From the NCBI GenBank assembly GCA_039586365.1, contig JBDHKN010000011.1:18060-82059 (forward strand): a stretch of 64,000 nt of DNA, given 5' to 3'. The notes under the pieces were generated by a model. The model saw only the letters and a list, made by a program, of their open reading frames with translations. It did no database searches and was not told where the DNA came from. Source of the stretch: Gemmatimonadota bacterium. GTDB taxonomy: Bacteria > Gemmatimonadota > Gemmatimonadetes > Gemmatimonadales > GWC2-71-9. Positions 50,429 to 60,377 of the stretch are shown here, piece by piece (the stretch's first letter is position 1; each line of letters starts with the position of its first letter). The translations under genes were made by a program, and so were the position numbers.

Positions 50429-51906
50429 TCATGACCGGTTCAGACGATTCCAGGCCCAATGTCCGAGAGTCCTTGGCCGAAACGATGGGCGATGGCGGCG
50501 AAGCGGTGTTCCGACAAGGAGGTAGGGACTTCCTACTGGCATTCTATGCAGCTCTTCGCAACCTGAGGTTGTATCCGGTAGAAAACATCCAGGTCCAAAG
50601 AGCGCTAGACGAGGTGGATGCAACTGCCCACACTCTGCTCGACGTGGAGCCGGAGTTGGAGGTGAGAGTGGCCGGTGAGTTCATCTTCGTCAATTCCACA
50701 CGGCTGCGACTGGGCTTGGACAACTACTCGACCTTCAGTCACGTGCTCACGACCTTACGTCAGTGTGATGCCGGCGCAGTATACGTCAGCGAGGCCGTGG
50801 AGCGGCGCGAGTGGCAGGTATTCCTGTCTCTGATTCTCTCGTTTGCTGCCAGGGAGGAGCCAAACAAACTGGCGGATCTCCAGCAGAAGCTGGTGGAGGG
50901 CGGAGTCACGCACATCATGCTGGATCCCATCCTAGAGAGCGAAACTGGTGACGCAGAGGAATCCAGGGAGATCGCGAAACGAACCTACGAGCAGTCGGTT
51001 GCAGTGACCAAGGAAGTGATCAACAGCATTAGGATGGGCCGCACTGCTAGTGTCAAGAAAGTCAAACGGGCAGTGCAGAACATCGTTGACCAGGTACTGC
51101 GCAATGAAGTCTCCATTGTGGGGCTCACCACGATCAGGGACTACGATGAGTACACCTTCACCCACTCAGTGAACGTCTGCATCTTCAGCGTGTCGATCGG
51201 GAAGCGCCTGGGTCTCACCAAGTTGCATCTGTTCGATCTGGGTCTCGCAGCGTTGTTGCATGACGTGGGGAAGAGCAGAATCCCGCTCGAAATTCTGAAC
51301 AAGACTGGCGCGCTCACTGACGACGAGTGGCGCATCATGCAGGCGCACCCATGGTTGGGCGTTCTGACATTGTTTGGGCTCAGGGGTTATGGAGAGATCC
51401 CCTACCGCGGCATCATTGTCGCACACGAGCACCACATGAAGACCGACCTTACGGGATATCCGAAGACGATTCGACCGCGGACACTGTCTATGTATTCGAA
51501 AATCGTGGCTGTGGCCGACGGCTTCGATGCTGCCACTTCGCGCCGCGTCTACCAGACCACACCAATCCAGCCAGATCAGGTATTGCGGGAGATGTGGGAG
51601 AATCGACGGCGTGGATATGATCCCGTGCTCGTCAAGGCGCTGATCAATCTGCTCGGCATCTATCCGGTTGGGACCTGCATCATCCTCGATACGTACGAAA
51701 TCGCGGTGGTGCATGCGGCCAACTCTGACCCTGCACAGCTGAACCGACCGCTAATTCGTATCGTCTGCACGCCCGAAGGGACCAAGATCGATCCTGGTCC
51801 GATCATCGATCTGAGCGAGACTGAGAACGGTTCATACAAGCGGTCTATCATCAAGGTGATAAACCCTGAGGAGTACGGCATAAACCCTTCCGACTATTTT
51901 GTCTGA
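50425..51906 (+). CDS. HD-GYP domain phosphohydrolase
   Basis: DEYTFTHSVNV, LLHDVGK, HP, HEHHMKTDLTGYP, VADGFDA.TS.R.Y. Confidence 0.9.
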   Translation: MIMTGSDDSRPNVRESLAETMGDGGEAVFRQGGRDFLLAFYAALRNLRLYPVENIQVQRALDEVDATAHTLLDVEPELEVRVAGEFIFVNSTRLRLGLDNYSTFSHVLTTLRQCDAGAVYVSEAVERREWQVFLSLILSFAAREEPNKLADLQQKLVEGGVTHIMLDPILESETGDAEESREIAKRTYEQSVAVTKEVINSIRMGRTASVKKVKRAVQNIVDQVLRNEVSIVGLTTIRDYDEYTFTHSVNVCIFSVSIGKRLGLTKLHLFDLGLAALLHDVGKSRIPLEILNKTGALTDDEWRIMQAHPWLGVLTLFGLRGYGEIPYRGIIVAHEHHMKTDLTGYPKTIRPRTLSMYSKIVAVADGFDAATSRRVYQTTPIQPDQVLREMWENRRRGYDPVLVKALINLLGIYPVGTCIILDTYEIAVVHAANSDPAQLNRPLIRIVCTPEGTKIDPGPIIDLSETENGSYKRSIIKVINPEEYGINPSDYFV

Positions 51907-52705
51907 CCACCCGATCGACCTGCAGTGGGAGCGCGTTCGGGCCGAGCGGCGTGTTGCCCTGATCCCTTATGTCACGGCGGGGTATCCTTCCGGGCCCGCC
52001 AGCATAGACGCATTGAGGATGATGCAAGAGACTGGTGCCGACTTCGTAGAGGTCGGGATACCGTTCAGTGATCCGTTGGCGGACGGGCCGGTGATTCAAC
52101 AGTCGATCCAGGTCGCGCTGGATGGCGGTATGACCGTCACGGGCATGCTCCAACTCGTGCGTGAAGCCGCAATCGATATCCCGGTTGTCGCTTTCGGGTA
52201 TCTCAATCCGATCTTGGCATACGGCTTTTCTCGATTCCTCGAGGATGCGAGTCAGGCGGGTATATCTGGCTTGTTGCTGACCGATCTCCCGGCTGGGGAG
52301 GATCCCGCCATCGAGCGGTTGGTGTACGACAGCTCGCTCGCTCTGATTCGGCTGATCGCCCCCACCACCGCTGAGGTGCGTACCAAAGAAGCTGTGGCGG
52401 GAGCAAGAGGATTCATATACCTGATATCTCGCCTGGGAGTGACAGGTGCGGAGACGCGCGTCGGCGGAGACCTAGCTGAAACCGTGCAGCGCGTTCGTGG
52501 TGTGTCAGACTTGCCCATTGCTGTTGGATTCGGCATTGCGACGGGTGAGCAGGCTACCGCGGTGGGTCGATTGGCTGATGGTGTCGTTGTGGGCAGCGCC
52601 TTCGTGCGCCGCTTGGCCGACGGATTGGAGCCAGCTCGCGATCTGATGCTCGACCTGTCGTCGGCGTTGAGGAAGTCGTATGACGGATCAGAGTCACAAG
52701 CCTGA
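51899..52705 (+). CDS. trpA: Tryptophan synthase alpha chain
   Basis: [47 protein letters not shown]. Confidence 0.97.
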   Translation: MSDHPIDLQWERVRAERRVALIPYVTAGYPSGPASIDALRMMQETGADFVEVGIPFSDPLADGPVIQQSIQVALDGGMTVTGMLQLVREAAIDIPVVAFGYLNPILAYGFSRFLEDASQAGISGLLLTDLPAGEDPAIERLVYDSSLALIRLIAPTTAEVRTKEAVAGARGFIYLISRLGVTGAETRVGGDLAETVQRVRGVSDLPIAVGFGIATGEQATAVGRLADGVVVGSAFVRRLADGLEPARDLMLDLSSALRKSYDGSESQA

Positions 52706-54806
52706 TTTGGATACGGCTGCCAGTGTGTTGGTCGCCGAGTACTCGCGTTGGCTGAGGTTCTGCGGTTCCATTCTCCTGGTTCTTGTACTGGTTGTTGAGC
52801 GGTCCTGGATAAGCCAGCTGCTGTTCGTAGGCGTGGTTGCGGTCATGGCTGCCTGCCTCCGATCGTTCCAGCTCGCTCTTGGGAAGTACGCATACGCCAG
52901 TCTTTCTCCCGTCGTAGCACTGGCTGGATCACTGCTGATCGGTCCCTCGATCACCCTATTGGGTGTGGCGGCGGGCACGCTCTTCAGCGACACGATATTG
53001 CATCGCAAGACACGCACGGCAGCCTGGTCCAACGCAGCTCGTGAAGTCGTCGGTCTGGTTCCCGCGTACGGGATATACGTCGCCGTGATGAGCGTTTCAG
53101 ACGTGCGATCCGCACTCACACTGGAGGCCATTCCTGCGCTGTCGGCTTTCGTTCTGACTTACTACGTGTTTTCTCGGTCTCTCTTCTATTTCACTCTGCT
53201 GGCCCGTGGTAAGCTGACGACTGACGAGCAGTTGTTCATACTACGGTACGAGGTGGTCGTGTATGGAATCAACATGGTTGCTGTGGCCATGGTGGTCCTG
53301 ACGATAGCGCGTCTGCCGTTGACGACCTGGCCTTTCATGGCTGCTTTCTCGGGCTTCGCGGCCTTCATGGCCAAGAGAATCCTCGAAGAAGCCATTCAAG
53401 CAGAACAGCTGACCAAGATTCACGCGATGGAGTCGGTCATTACGAGCAACATGAGTCTGCCGGTATCACTGGCACGACTCGAAGGACTGGCTCACCGCAT
53501 CCTGGACTGGCAGGATTACCGCATCTACGAGAGAGTGGGCGATGAGTTCGTCCTGCTGTATCGCGGCACTCACGGTGTGGCACCAGGCCGGGAGATACCG
53601 GCGGCAATGGAGGACCTGCGGGGCGAGACCGGTGCGGATCGGTCCGCCGTCGTGATACGAGACACGAGCCGGGATCCTCGGGCGATTCATGTTCCTGCAA
53701 CGATTCAGAGTCTGATGGTGGAGCCCTTGTGGTTCGGCGAAGAGTTTCTTGGAACCTTGGAGCTTGATCACCACAAGCGCCGTCAGTTCGGGCGGCGTGA
53801 GGTAGCTTTGGTGCGAGCTTGCGGACGTCGTATTGCGACGGCCATCCACATCGCTCGGCTACGCGAGCCCCTGGTTGACACAGTCGATCGTATCGGTGTT
53901 CAGGTGCGAAGTCTCAGGACGGCAGCCGAGGCGTTGAGGAATACTGCCGCCAACATGGCTGAGTCCACGCGCGACATCTCAGAAGTGCTCACCAGCCAGG
54001 ACGACAACGTCGCCGACGGTCTGGCAGTGACCATGGAGCTGAGCGAGGCCACCGGTAGCGTGGTCAAGGACAGCGCTGAAGCGGCGGCCGCCAGCGGACT
54101 GGCGAGCGACCAGGCTAGGTTGCACCGGAGCACTATCGCCGACGCTATTGACCGTCTGGTAGCGCTCAAAGAATTCGTGGCGCATAGTTCCGACCGGGTT
54201 GATGAACTTGGTGTGGTGAGTCGCCGGATTGTGAGGTTCATTACATCGATCCGGGAGTTCGCGGATCTCACCAATCTGCTAGCGCTGAACGCTGCTATAG
54301 AAGCCGCCCGAGCCGGTGATCACGGGCGCGGATTCGCGGAGGTTGCCAAGGAGGTCAGATCGCTGGCCGAGCAGAGCGGCAAGGCCGCGGAGGAAGCGGG
54401 GCAACTTGTCGAGGATATTCAGGCTCGACTCAAGGAAGTTTTCGAACAGATGGGGCGGGGCCAGAGGGCGGTAGAAGGTGTGGAGGATGTGAGCAATCAG
54501 GGCCTGGACTCTCTCGATGCGATAGTGTCCGCGACCATGGAAGCCACTGAACACGCTGCGCGAAGCGCGAGTACTGCCGAGAGCCAGTACGAGGCATTTG
54601 CACGTCTGAGAGAGAGGATGGACGGGATCGCACAGATATCATCTCGCAACCGCAGGGACTCCGATGACATGAAGGAACGCGCTGACGAGGTCGAGGCTGG
54701 TGTCGATGATCTCCGCAGAGCCAGTCACGAGCTTGATTCGATCGCCACGATGCTCGCGGAAGTCACCCGTCGGTTCACTGCGGACGACGCAGATGGCCGT
54801 TTTTGA
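52680..54806 (+). CDS. Methyl-accepting chemotaxis-type receptor with multi-TM N-terminus and GAF domain
   Basis: ~7 hydrophobic segments, GAF-like SLMVEPL...LGTL, MCP core [22 protein letters not shown]. Confidence 0.88.
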   Translation: MTDQSHKPDLDTAASVLVAEYSRWLRFCGSILLVLVLVVERSWISQLLFVGVVAVMAACLRSFQLALGKYAYASLSPVVALAGSLLIGPSITLLGVAAGTLFSDTILHRKTRTAAWSNAAREVVGLVPAYGIYVAVMSVSDVRSALTLEAIPALSAFVLTYYVFSRSLFYFTLLARGKLTTDEQLFILRYEVVVYGINMVAVAMVVLTIARLPLTTWPFMAAFSGFAAFMAKRILEEAIQAEQLTKIHAMESVITSNMSLPVSLARLEGLAHRILDWQDYRIYERVGDEFVLLYRGTHGVAPGREIPAAMEDLRGETGADRSAVVIRDTSRDPRAIHVPATIQSLMVEPLWFGEEFLGTLELDHHKRRQFGRREVALVRACGRRIATAIHIARLREPLVDTVDRIGVQVRSLRTAAEALRNTAANMAESTRDISEVLTSQDDNVADGLAVTMELSEATGSVVKDSAEAAAASGLASDQARLHRSTIADAIDRLVALKEFVAHSSDRVDELGVVSRRIVRFITSIREFADLTNLLALNAAIEAARAGDHGRGFAEVAKEVRSLAEQSGKAAEEAGQLVEDIQARLKEVFEQMGRGQRAVEGVEDVSNQGLDSLDAIVSATMEATEHAARSASTAESQYEAFARLRERMDGIAQISSRNRRDSDDMKERADEVEAGVDDLRRASHELDSIATMLAEVTRRFTADDADGRF

Positions 54807-54838
54807 CAGTTCCCCCGGTCCGTCGCTACCATTCGCAC

Positions 54839-55216
54839 ATGGTCGCCAAGGACAGGATCAGCCTGAAAGGAATGCGGTTCCACACGCTGGTTGGGCTGTT
54901 GCCACACGAGCAGTCGGTGCCGCAACCCCTGGAGCTGGACCTGACGGTTTGGCTCTCACTCCGGCAAGTGGGTGTGTCTGACTCGCCAAGCGCGTTGCTG
55001 GACTACCGCGATCTATATCGGCTTGTAGAGAAGACAGTGGGGAGTAGTCCCCATCGGTTGCTCGAGGGGTTGTGTGAGAAGATCGCCGCGCGTGCGCTTG
55101 AGTTGGATGGCGTGGCGCGGGTAGAGGTGGCTGCGCGCAAGCCGCATGTTCCCATCAACGGCCCACTCGACCACGTGGAAGTGGTGGTGCTGCGCTCCAC
55201 TGAGGACCGTGGCTGA
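54839..55216 (+). CDS. folB: Dihydroneopterin aldolase
   Basis: DRI.L.GM.F...G..PHE....Q...D, LDY, LLE, RKP. Confidence 0.9.
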   Translation: MVAKDRISLKGMRFHTLVGLLPHEQSVPQPLELDLTVWLSLRQVGVSDSPSALLDYRDLYRLVEKTVGSSPHRLLEGLCEKIAARALELDGVARVEVAARKPHVPINGPLDHVEVVVLRSTEDRG

Positions 55217-55625
55217 ACGGGTTTTCATAGCTCTCGGGTCGAACTTGGGTGATCGAGAGAGCTATCTGCACTTTGCCCGATTCCGACTCGGTTGTCTTCC
55301 CAACACGGCTTTGCTGCACGAGAGTTCGATAGAGGAAACCGAGCCGATGGGGCCGGGTCCACAGGGTTTCTATCTCAACCAGATGGTGTTGTTGAAAAGC
55401 GATCTCTCACCTCACTCCTTGCTCAAGCACTGTCTGGAGATTGAGCGACAAGCTGGTCGCAAACGCGGCGTAAGGTGGGGCCCACGGACGCTGGACTTGG
55501 ATCTGGTTCGCTACGGAGACCTAGCAATGCGTGAGCCGGGTCTCGTGTTACCCCATCCGGAGTTAGACAATCGTGACTTCTGGCAGCGTGAAATAACGGA
55601 GCTCGAGCTAAATGGCCGATCGTAA
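55209..55625 (+). CDS. folK: HPPK (2-amino-4-hydroxy-6-hydroxymethyldihydropteridine pyrophosphokinase)
   Basis: IALGSNLGDR, ETEP, YLN, WGPRTLDLD, LPHP. Confidence 0.93.
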   Translation: MAERVFIALGSNLGDRESYLHFARFRLGCLPNTALLHESSIEETEPMGPGPQGFYLNQMVLLKSDLSPHSLLKHCLEIERQAGRKRGVRWGPRTLDLDLVRYGDLAMREPGLVLPHPELDNRDFWQREITELELNGRS

Positions 55626-56427
55626 CAAACGTGTGCGCACGACTGACCTACGGAGCATGAAGGCTGACGGTCGTAAGATCGTAGCATTGACGTCGTACGA
55701 TGCTTTGTTTGCCTCATTGGTGGACCAAGCTGGTGTCGATGTCGTGCTCGTTGGCGACTCTGTCAACACAGTACTGTGCGGTGAAGATACTACGCTGTCA
55801 GCCACGCTCGATCAGATGATCTACCATGGACGGATCGTCCGCAAGGGTGTCAGACGCGCCCTGCTAGTGGTCGACATGCCATACCTCACCTACCAGGTGT
55901 CCAGCGAGGATGCCAAGCGCAACTGTGGCAGGGTATTGCAGGAAACCGGGGCCGACGCCGTAAAAGTCGAAGGGGGGCAATCGATTGCGCCGGTTGTCGC
56001 GGCGCTCGTTGAGATCGGTATTCCCGTCATGGGACATGTGGGGTTCACGCCGCAGTCGGTGCACACGTTGGGCGGGCACCGGATACAGGGCAGGGATGAG
56101 GACGGCCTCGATCGGATCCTGCGAGATACACGGGCACTGGAAGATGCCGGGGCCTTCAGTGTAGTTCTGGAGCTCATGCCCTGGGGTGTGGCTCGGGGTG
56201 TCACCGAAACCGTCGGAATACCCACGATCGGAATCGGCTCCGGCTCGCACTGTGACGGTCAGGTGCTCGTGCTACATGACATGCTCGGTCTCAATGAAGG
56301 ATTCAAGGCGAAATTCCTCAAACGATATGCTGAGATGGCCGAAACGGTGCGTTCGGCAGTTCGCTGTTACGCAGATGATGTTCGTGCTGGTCGTTATCCA
56401 GACGAAAGTCACACTTACGACAAGTGA
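55612..56427 (+). CDS. panB: Ketopantoate hydroxymethyltransferase
   Basis: LT.YD, LVGDS, DMP, AVKVEGG, GHVGFTPQ, DGQVLV. Confidence 0.96.
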   Translation: MADRNKRVRTTDLRSMKADGRKIVALTSYDALFASLVDQAGVDVVLVGDSVNTVLCGEDTTLSATLDQMIYHGRIVRKGVRRALLVVDMPYLTYQVSSEDAKRNCGRVLQETGADAVKVEGGQSIAPVVAALVEIGIPVMGHVGFTPQSVHTLGGHRIQGRDEDGLDRILRDTRALEDAGAFSVVLELMPWGVARGVTETVGIPTIGIGSGSHCDGQVLVLHDMLGLNEGFKAKFLKRYAEMAETVRSAVRCYADDVRAGRYPDESHTYDK

Positions 56428-57296
56428 TTGAGATAGCAGATCCAGCAGAGATGCGTCGGTGGTCCAGAGCTCACCGTGCCGAGGGACGCCGGCTTGGGTT
56501 TGTCCCGACCATGGGTTACCTGCATGAAGGACATCTCAGCCTCATAGATCACGCTCGCAACCAGTCCGACGCGGTGGTGGTGTCGATTTTTGTCAATCCA
56601 ATTCAGTTCGGTCCGGCCGAAGATCTTGCCAGCTATCCGCGCGACCTGCAGCGAGATCGGGCCGCCGCGCAGCAGCGCGCGACGGATTGTCTTTTCGTGC
56701 CGTCCACCACCGCCATGTACAGCTCCGATCCCACGGTACGTGTGGGCCCCGGTTCGCTGGCGGCGCACCTGTGTGGTCCGTATCGTCCGGGGCATTTCGA
56801 AGGCGTGCTCACGGTGGTTGCTAAACTGTTCCACATGGTTGAGCCCGACGTTGCGGTTTTTGGCCGCAAGGATTTCCAGCAAGCTCGCATTATCACGCGG
56901 ATGGTGCAGGACCTCAGTTTCCCATTACAGATTTTCGTGGCGCCCACCATTCGGGAACCTGATGGTTTGGCGATGAGTTCCCGCAATAGCTACTTGTCCC
57001 CGACTGAGCGGACCGCTGCGGCCAGGATTCCCCAGGGTCTGGAAGCAGCCCACCGTGCTTTCAGAGCCGGCGTCATTCGAACCAGCGAGTTGGTCGCGGA
57101 GGTGCGTGCGATTCTCGAGATCGAGCCACTGATTCGGATCGAGTATCTCGAAGCGGTGGATCCGAACACGCTTGAGGCGGTAGACTTGGCGACCGGTCAG
57201 ACCGTCTTCGCAGTAGCTGTGCGTATTGGTAGTTCGCGTCTGATAGACAATGTGCTGTTAGCAGATGGTATCGGCGCTGACAACGTGTCGGAGTAG
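56424..57296 (+). CDS. panC: Pantoate--beta-alanine ligase
   Basis: VPTMGYLHEGH, SIFVNPIQF, RPGHF, FG.KD.QQ, GLAMSSRN, RLIDN. Confidence 0.97.
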   Translation: MIEIADPAEMRRWSRAHRAEGRRLGFVPTMGYLHEGHLSLIDHARNQSDAVVVSIFVNPIQFGPAEDLASYPRDLQRDRAAAQQRATDCLFVPSTTAMYSSDPTVRVGPGSLAAHLCGPYRPGHFEGVLTVVAKLFHMVEPDVAVFGRKDFQQARIITRMVQDLSFPLQIFVAPTIREPDGLAMSSRNSYLSPTERTAAARIPQGLEAAHRAFRAGVIRTSELVAEVRAILEIEPLIRIEYLEAVDPNTLEAVDLATGQTVFAVAVRIGSSRLIDNVLLADGIGADNVSE

Positions 57297-57304
57297 TCGG
57301 AGCG

Positions 57305-57865
57305 ATGTACCCACTGCCTGCCGTCACCATTCAGTTTCCGGAATGGGCACGGCTGAGGAAACGGCGCCGGGCGCACGTCGAGCGAGTGGCTTCGCTGTGT
57401 GCAGCTTGGGCTGCCGAGATGGGAGTCTCGGCGGCCGAGCGGGATCGTTGGCTCAGAGCCGCGGCTCTGCACGACGCCCTCAAGGACGCACCTCAAGATC
57501 TGCTCGTCGACTTGGCTCCGGATGCCTGGGACGTTCCGTCGTTGCGTCACGGACCTGCCGCCGCCGAGCGAGCCGCCCAGGATGGCGAAACAGATCAGGG
57601 AATACTCGATGCCGTGCGATACCATTCGGTGGGTTACAGGAACTGGGATTCGGTCGGGCGCATTCTCTATCTTGCGGACTACCTGGAACCCGGGAGATCC
57701 CCTTACCAATCCGAGCAAGAGTTGCTATTGCAGCGTGTGCCGCATGATCTCGAGAACGTGCTGCGGGCAGTCGCGTCTCAGCGTATCGCAGACGCAGTGA
57801 TGTCGGGTAGCCGGTTGCTCGCGGAGACCATTGCGTTTTGGAACGACCTCGTTTGTGGATCTTGA
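57305..57865 (+). CDS. YqeK-like HD hydrolase (Ap4A hydrolase family)
   Basis: R..H..RVA, ALHDALK, HG, AVRYH, LYLADYLEPGR. Confidence 0.75.
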   Translation: MYPLPAVTIQFPEWARLRKRRRAHVERVASLCAAWAAEMGVSAAERDRWLRAAALHDALKDAPQDLLVDLAPDAWDVPSLRHGPAAAERAAQDGETDQGILDAVRYHSVGYRNWDSVGRILYLADYLEPGRSPYQSEQELLLQRVPHDLENVLRAVASQRIADAVMSGSRLLAETIAFWNDLVCGS

Positions 57866-58257
57866 TTGCCTCGGCAATAGTAATGGTCGCCACTGGAGTT
57901 GCCGTTAGGCATCTCAGTTTGGGGGGGGGCACGCCTCGACCCCTCCCCATTCCAGGCGAGGGGGATAAGATCGAGGTCGAGGTGCTGAACGCAACGCGAG
58001 TTGACGGTTTAGCTCGGGCCATGACCCTTCAACTGAGGCGAGCCGGCATCGACGTGGTTTTCTTCGGTACAGCGCGGGAGACACCTCTGGACTCGACCCT
58101 CATCTTGATGAGACGGGGTGACACTACCTTCGGTACGCGGATCCGCAAGGTGCTTGGAACGGGGAAGATCGTGATGCAACCAGACGCGTCCTTGCTGTTG
58201 GATGCCAGTGTGCTGTTAGGACTCGATTTGGTCTCCTCCCGCTGTATCCAACCGTAG
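57838..58257 (+). CDS. LytR C-terminal domain membrane protein
   Basis: N-terminal TM, VEVLNAT...GLA......LR..G, V.LG.D. Confidence 0.8.
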   Translation: MERPRLWILIASAIVMVATGVAVRHLSLGGGTPRPLPIPGEGDKIEVEVLNATRVDGLARAMTLQLRRAGIDVVFFGTARETPLDSTLILMRRGDTTFGTRIRKVLGTGKIVMQPDASLLLDASVLLGLDLVSSRCIQP

Positions 58258-59256
58258 CTGACCACACGCTGCGCTGATATCGAGTCCGCGGCTGCGACGC
58301 ACGGTAACGTTAGCCCCTTTGGTTCTGAGCCGGGCAGCGAAGCGCTCGATGTTCGGCCGGGGTGTCGGGCTCAGTCCGGGAGCCCCGCCTGGATGGAGCG
58401 GTAGCAGGTTCACCAGGGCTTTTACACGACGCGCCAATGTCGCCAATTCGTCCGCGTCGTCATCCGCGTCATTCATTCCCTCGATCATGACATACTCGAA
58501 CGTAACTCGGCGCGGGAAACTCTCCACCGCATCGATGACGCTGGTGAGCGGATACTTATCCTCGATCGGCATCAGCCGACGGCGTCGCTCGCCAAATGGC
58601 GAATGGAGCGAGAGAGCAAGTCGGAATTGTTCCGGACGTGCTGCCAGCCTGGTCATACTGGGGATAATCCCAATCGTGCTCACCGTGATGCGGCGCGCCC
58701 CGATGCCGAGTCCGCGCTCATTGTTGAGAATGGTCAAGGCAGTGTCAACCGCGTTCCAGTTGTGGAGCGGCTCACCCATCCCCATGAAGACCACGTGAGT
58801 GGGGAGCCCAGAGGTTGGATCAAGGGCCAACTCGCGAACCTGCGCCACAATTTCCCAAGCTGCCAAATGGCGCTGAAACCCCATCCTACCAGTGGCACAG
58901 AAGACACATGCGTAGGCGCAGCCTGCTTGTGACGAGATGCAGAGAGTGCGCCTCCTACCCTCTGGGATCAGCACTGACTCCACAGCTGTCTGGCCGTCAA
59001 ACCTCCACAGATACTTGACCGTGCCGTCGGCTGAGCGCTGTTGTTTCTCTAGCGACGGGCGAGGCAACGGGAATTCCTCATTGAGTGCCCGTGTGAGTGA
59101 ATGGGGCAAGTCAGTAGTGGCGGTCCAGTCTGCGACGGGACGCTGCCACAGCCGGGGAATAATCTGGCTCACCCGATAGCGCTTTTCTCCACGTGCGGCG
59201 AGCCAATCAGCGATCGCCAGGTGTGCGGCCCCCGGTGTGAGGTCCAGCAGATTCAC
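58216..59256 (-). CDS. rlmN: Radical SAM 23S rRNA/tRNA m2A methyltransferase
   Basis: CISSQAGCAYACVFC, MGMGEP, SLH, ISAACGQL. Confidence 0.96.
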   Translation of the reverse strand: MNLLDLTPGAAHLAIADWLAARGEKRYRVSQIIPRLWQRPVADWTATTDLPHSLTRALNEEFPLPRPSLEKQQRSADGTVKYLWRFDGQTAVESVLIPEGRRRTLCISSQAGCAYACVFCATGRMGFQRHLAAWEIVAQVRELALDPTSGLPTHVVFMGMGEPLHNWNAVDTALTILNNERGLGIGARRITVSTIGIIPSMTRLAARPEQFRLALSLHSPFGERRRRLMPIEDKYPLTSVIDAVESFPRRVTFEYVMIEGMNDADDDADELATLARRVKALVNLLPLHPGGAPGLSPTPRPNIERFAARLRTKGANVTVRRSRGLDISAACGQLRLDTAGGDQIES

Positions 59257-60152
59257 CTGAGTATCACGGCATCAATGCCAATGCGGTAGGTCGCTCCCAA
59301 ATCGTTCAAACCACTGCTTCGCGCCACCTCCATCGAGTAGCGCCCGGCGCGCAGCGACACAGCGAGGCCGGTCCGCAACTCCGACTTCTCATAGCCCACC
59401 TCTCGGGTCACCGCTGCATCGAGTCTCACCATGCTGGCCAGCGAGATTCCCAAGCTGACGCCGTGTTCCAGTGCCTCTGCCGAGCGGTAGGTGGCACCAT
59501 AGCGGCCGATGACCGTCGCTCTGGTCACTCCGATCGACGCGGCAGAGACAAGTTCATATTCGACCCCGACGTAATAGTCGGTGGTGTTCTGACGGCTGAG
59601 GTCGATAGGGAGGAAATGGGTGGCTGCAGCCACCACGAGCCGGCGGGACATCTGGACTCGTGTCCCGAGGTCGAAGGTGAGGCCGTTTTCAGTGGCGACA
59701 TCGAACCGCTCGTCGTGGAGACGGAGCAACGCCCCGAGATAGACCGGCCCATACCTCGTTCTACCAGCCACTCCGGCATACTGTGTGTATACGGGGATCG
59801 AGCCGCCGACTTCGGTCGGGGTTGTCGTGGTGCGTACCAGATCGCGCACGTCGAGTCGACCAACCACGAGCCCCACCGCAGAATTACCGGAGACCGATCT
59901 GGAGACTCCCGCAACGATTCCCGACAGTCCGAGTTCGGCCGATGTGTGAATCACCTGTAAGCCGACCGAGAGCGGATCCCGCGACGGAGTCCCAGCGGGA
60001 TTCCAGGCAACGGCGACTGGACCCAGGTCGAGTGCCGGGGGGACTGCCAGGACGGTGGCGGCGACACGCCATAGGCTAGCCGATTCCGGAGCCTGTCCCC
60101 AGGCGACGTCTAGGGGAAGCGTAAGTGCAACCAGGAGTGCGATGTACTTCAC
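59253..60152 (-). CDS. Exported beta-rich protein, PorV/PorQ/FadL-like outer-membrane barrel
   Basis: Signal peptide, AVAWNPAG motif, alternating beta-strand pattern (GLTFDLG, YYVGVEY). Confidence 0.55.
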   Translation of the reverse strand: MKYIALLVALTLPLDVAWGQAPESASLWRVAATVLAVPPALDLGPVAVAWNPAGTPSRDPLSVGLQVIHTSAELGLSGIVAGVSRSVSGNSAVGLVVGRLDVRDLVRTTTTPTEVGGSIPVYTQYAGVAGRTRYGPVYLGALLRLHDERFDVATENGLTFDLGTRVQMSRRLVVAAATHFLPIDLSRQNTTDYYVGVEYELVSAASIGVTRATVIGRYGATYRSAEALEHGVSLGISLASMVRLDAAVTREVGYEKSELRTGLAVSLRAGRYSMEVARSSGLNDLGATYRIGIDAVILR

Positions 60153-60158
60153 CCGCGT

Positions 60159-60187
60159 AGGTTCGCGGTCGGTCTCGTAAGTGTCAA
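60159..60187 (-). promoter_or_regulatory. Candidate leaderless promoter for barrel-rlmN unit
   Basis: Minus strand TTGACA-N17-GAACCT, 6 nt before GTG 60152. Confidence 0.4.
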
Positions 60188-60377
60188 GCCACCGCTTGCT
60201 GCCACATTGGGATGGGCGTTATGTTCTGCTGGTGCTTACACTTGTACGGTCGTGGCATTGCAGCCGATTCCCAAACGGCGAGCCGGGCCGGCCATGCAAC
60301 ACTGCTTGCGGTATCCGACAGCCAGGAGTGCAGCCGCTCTCCTGTGCCCGTCCAACGAGCATCTCCCTGAGGAGTTG

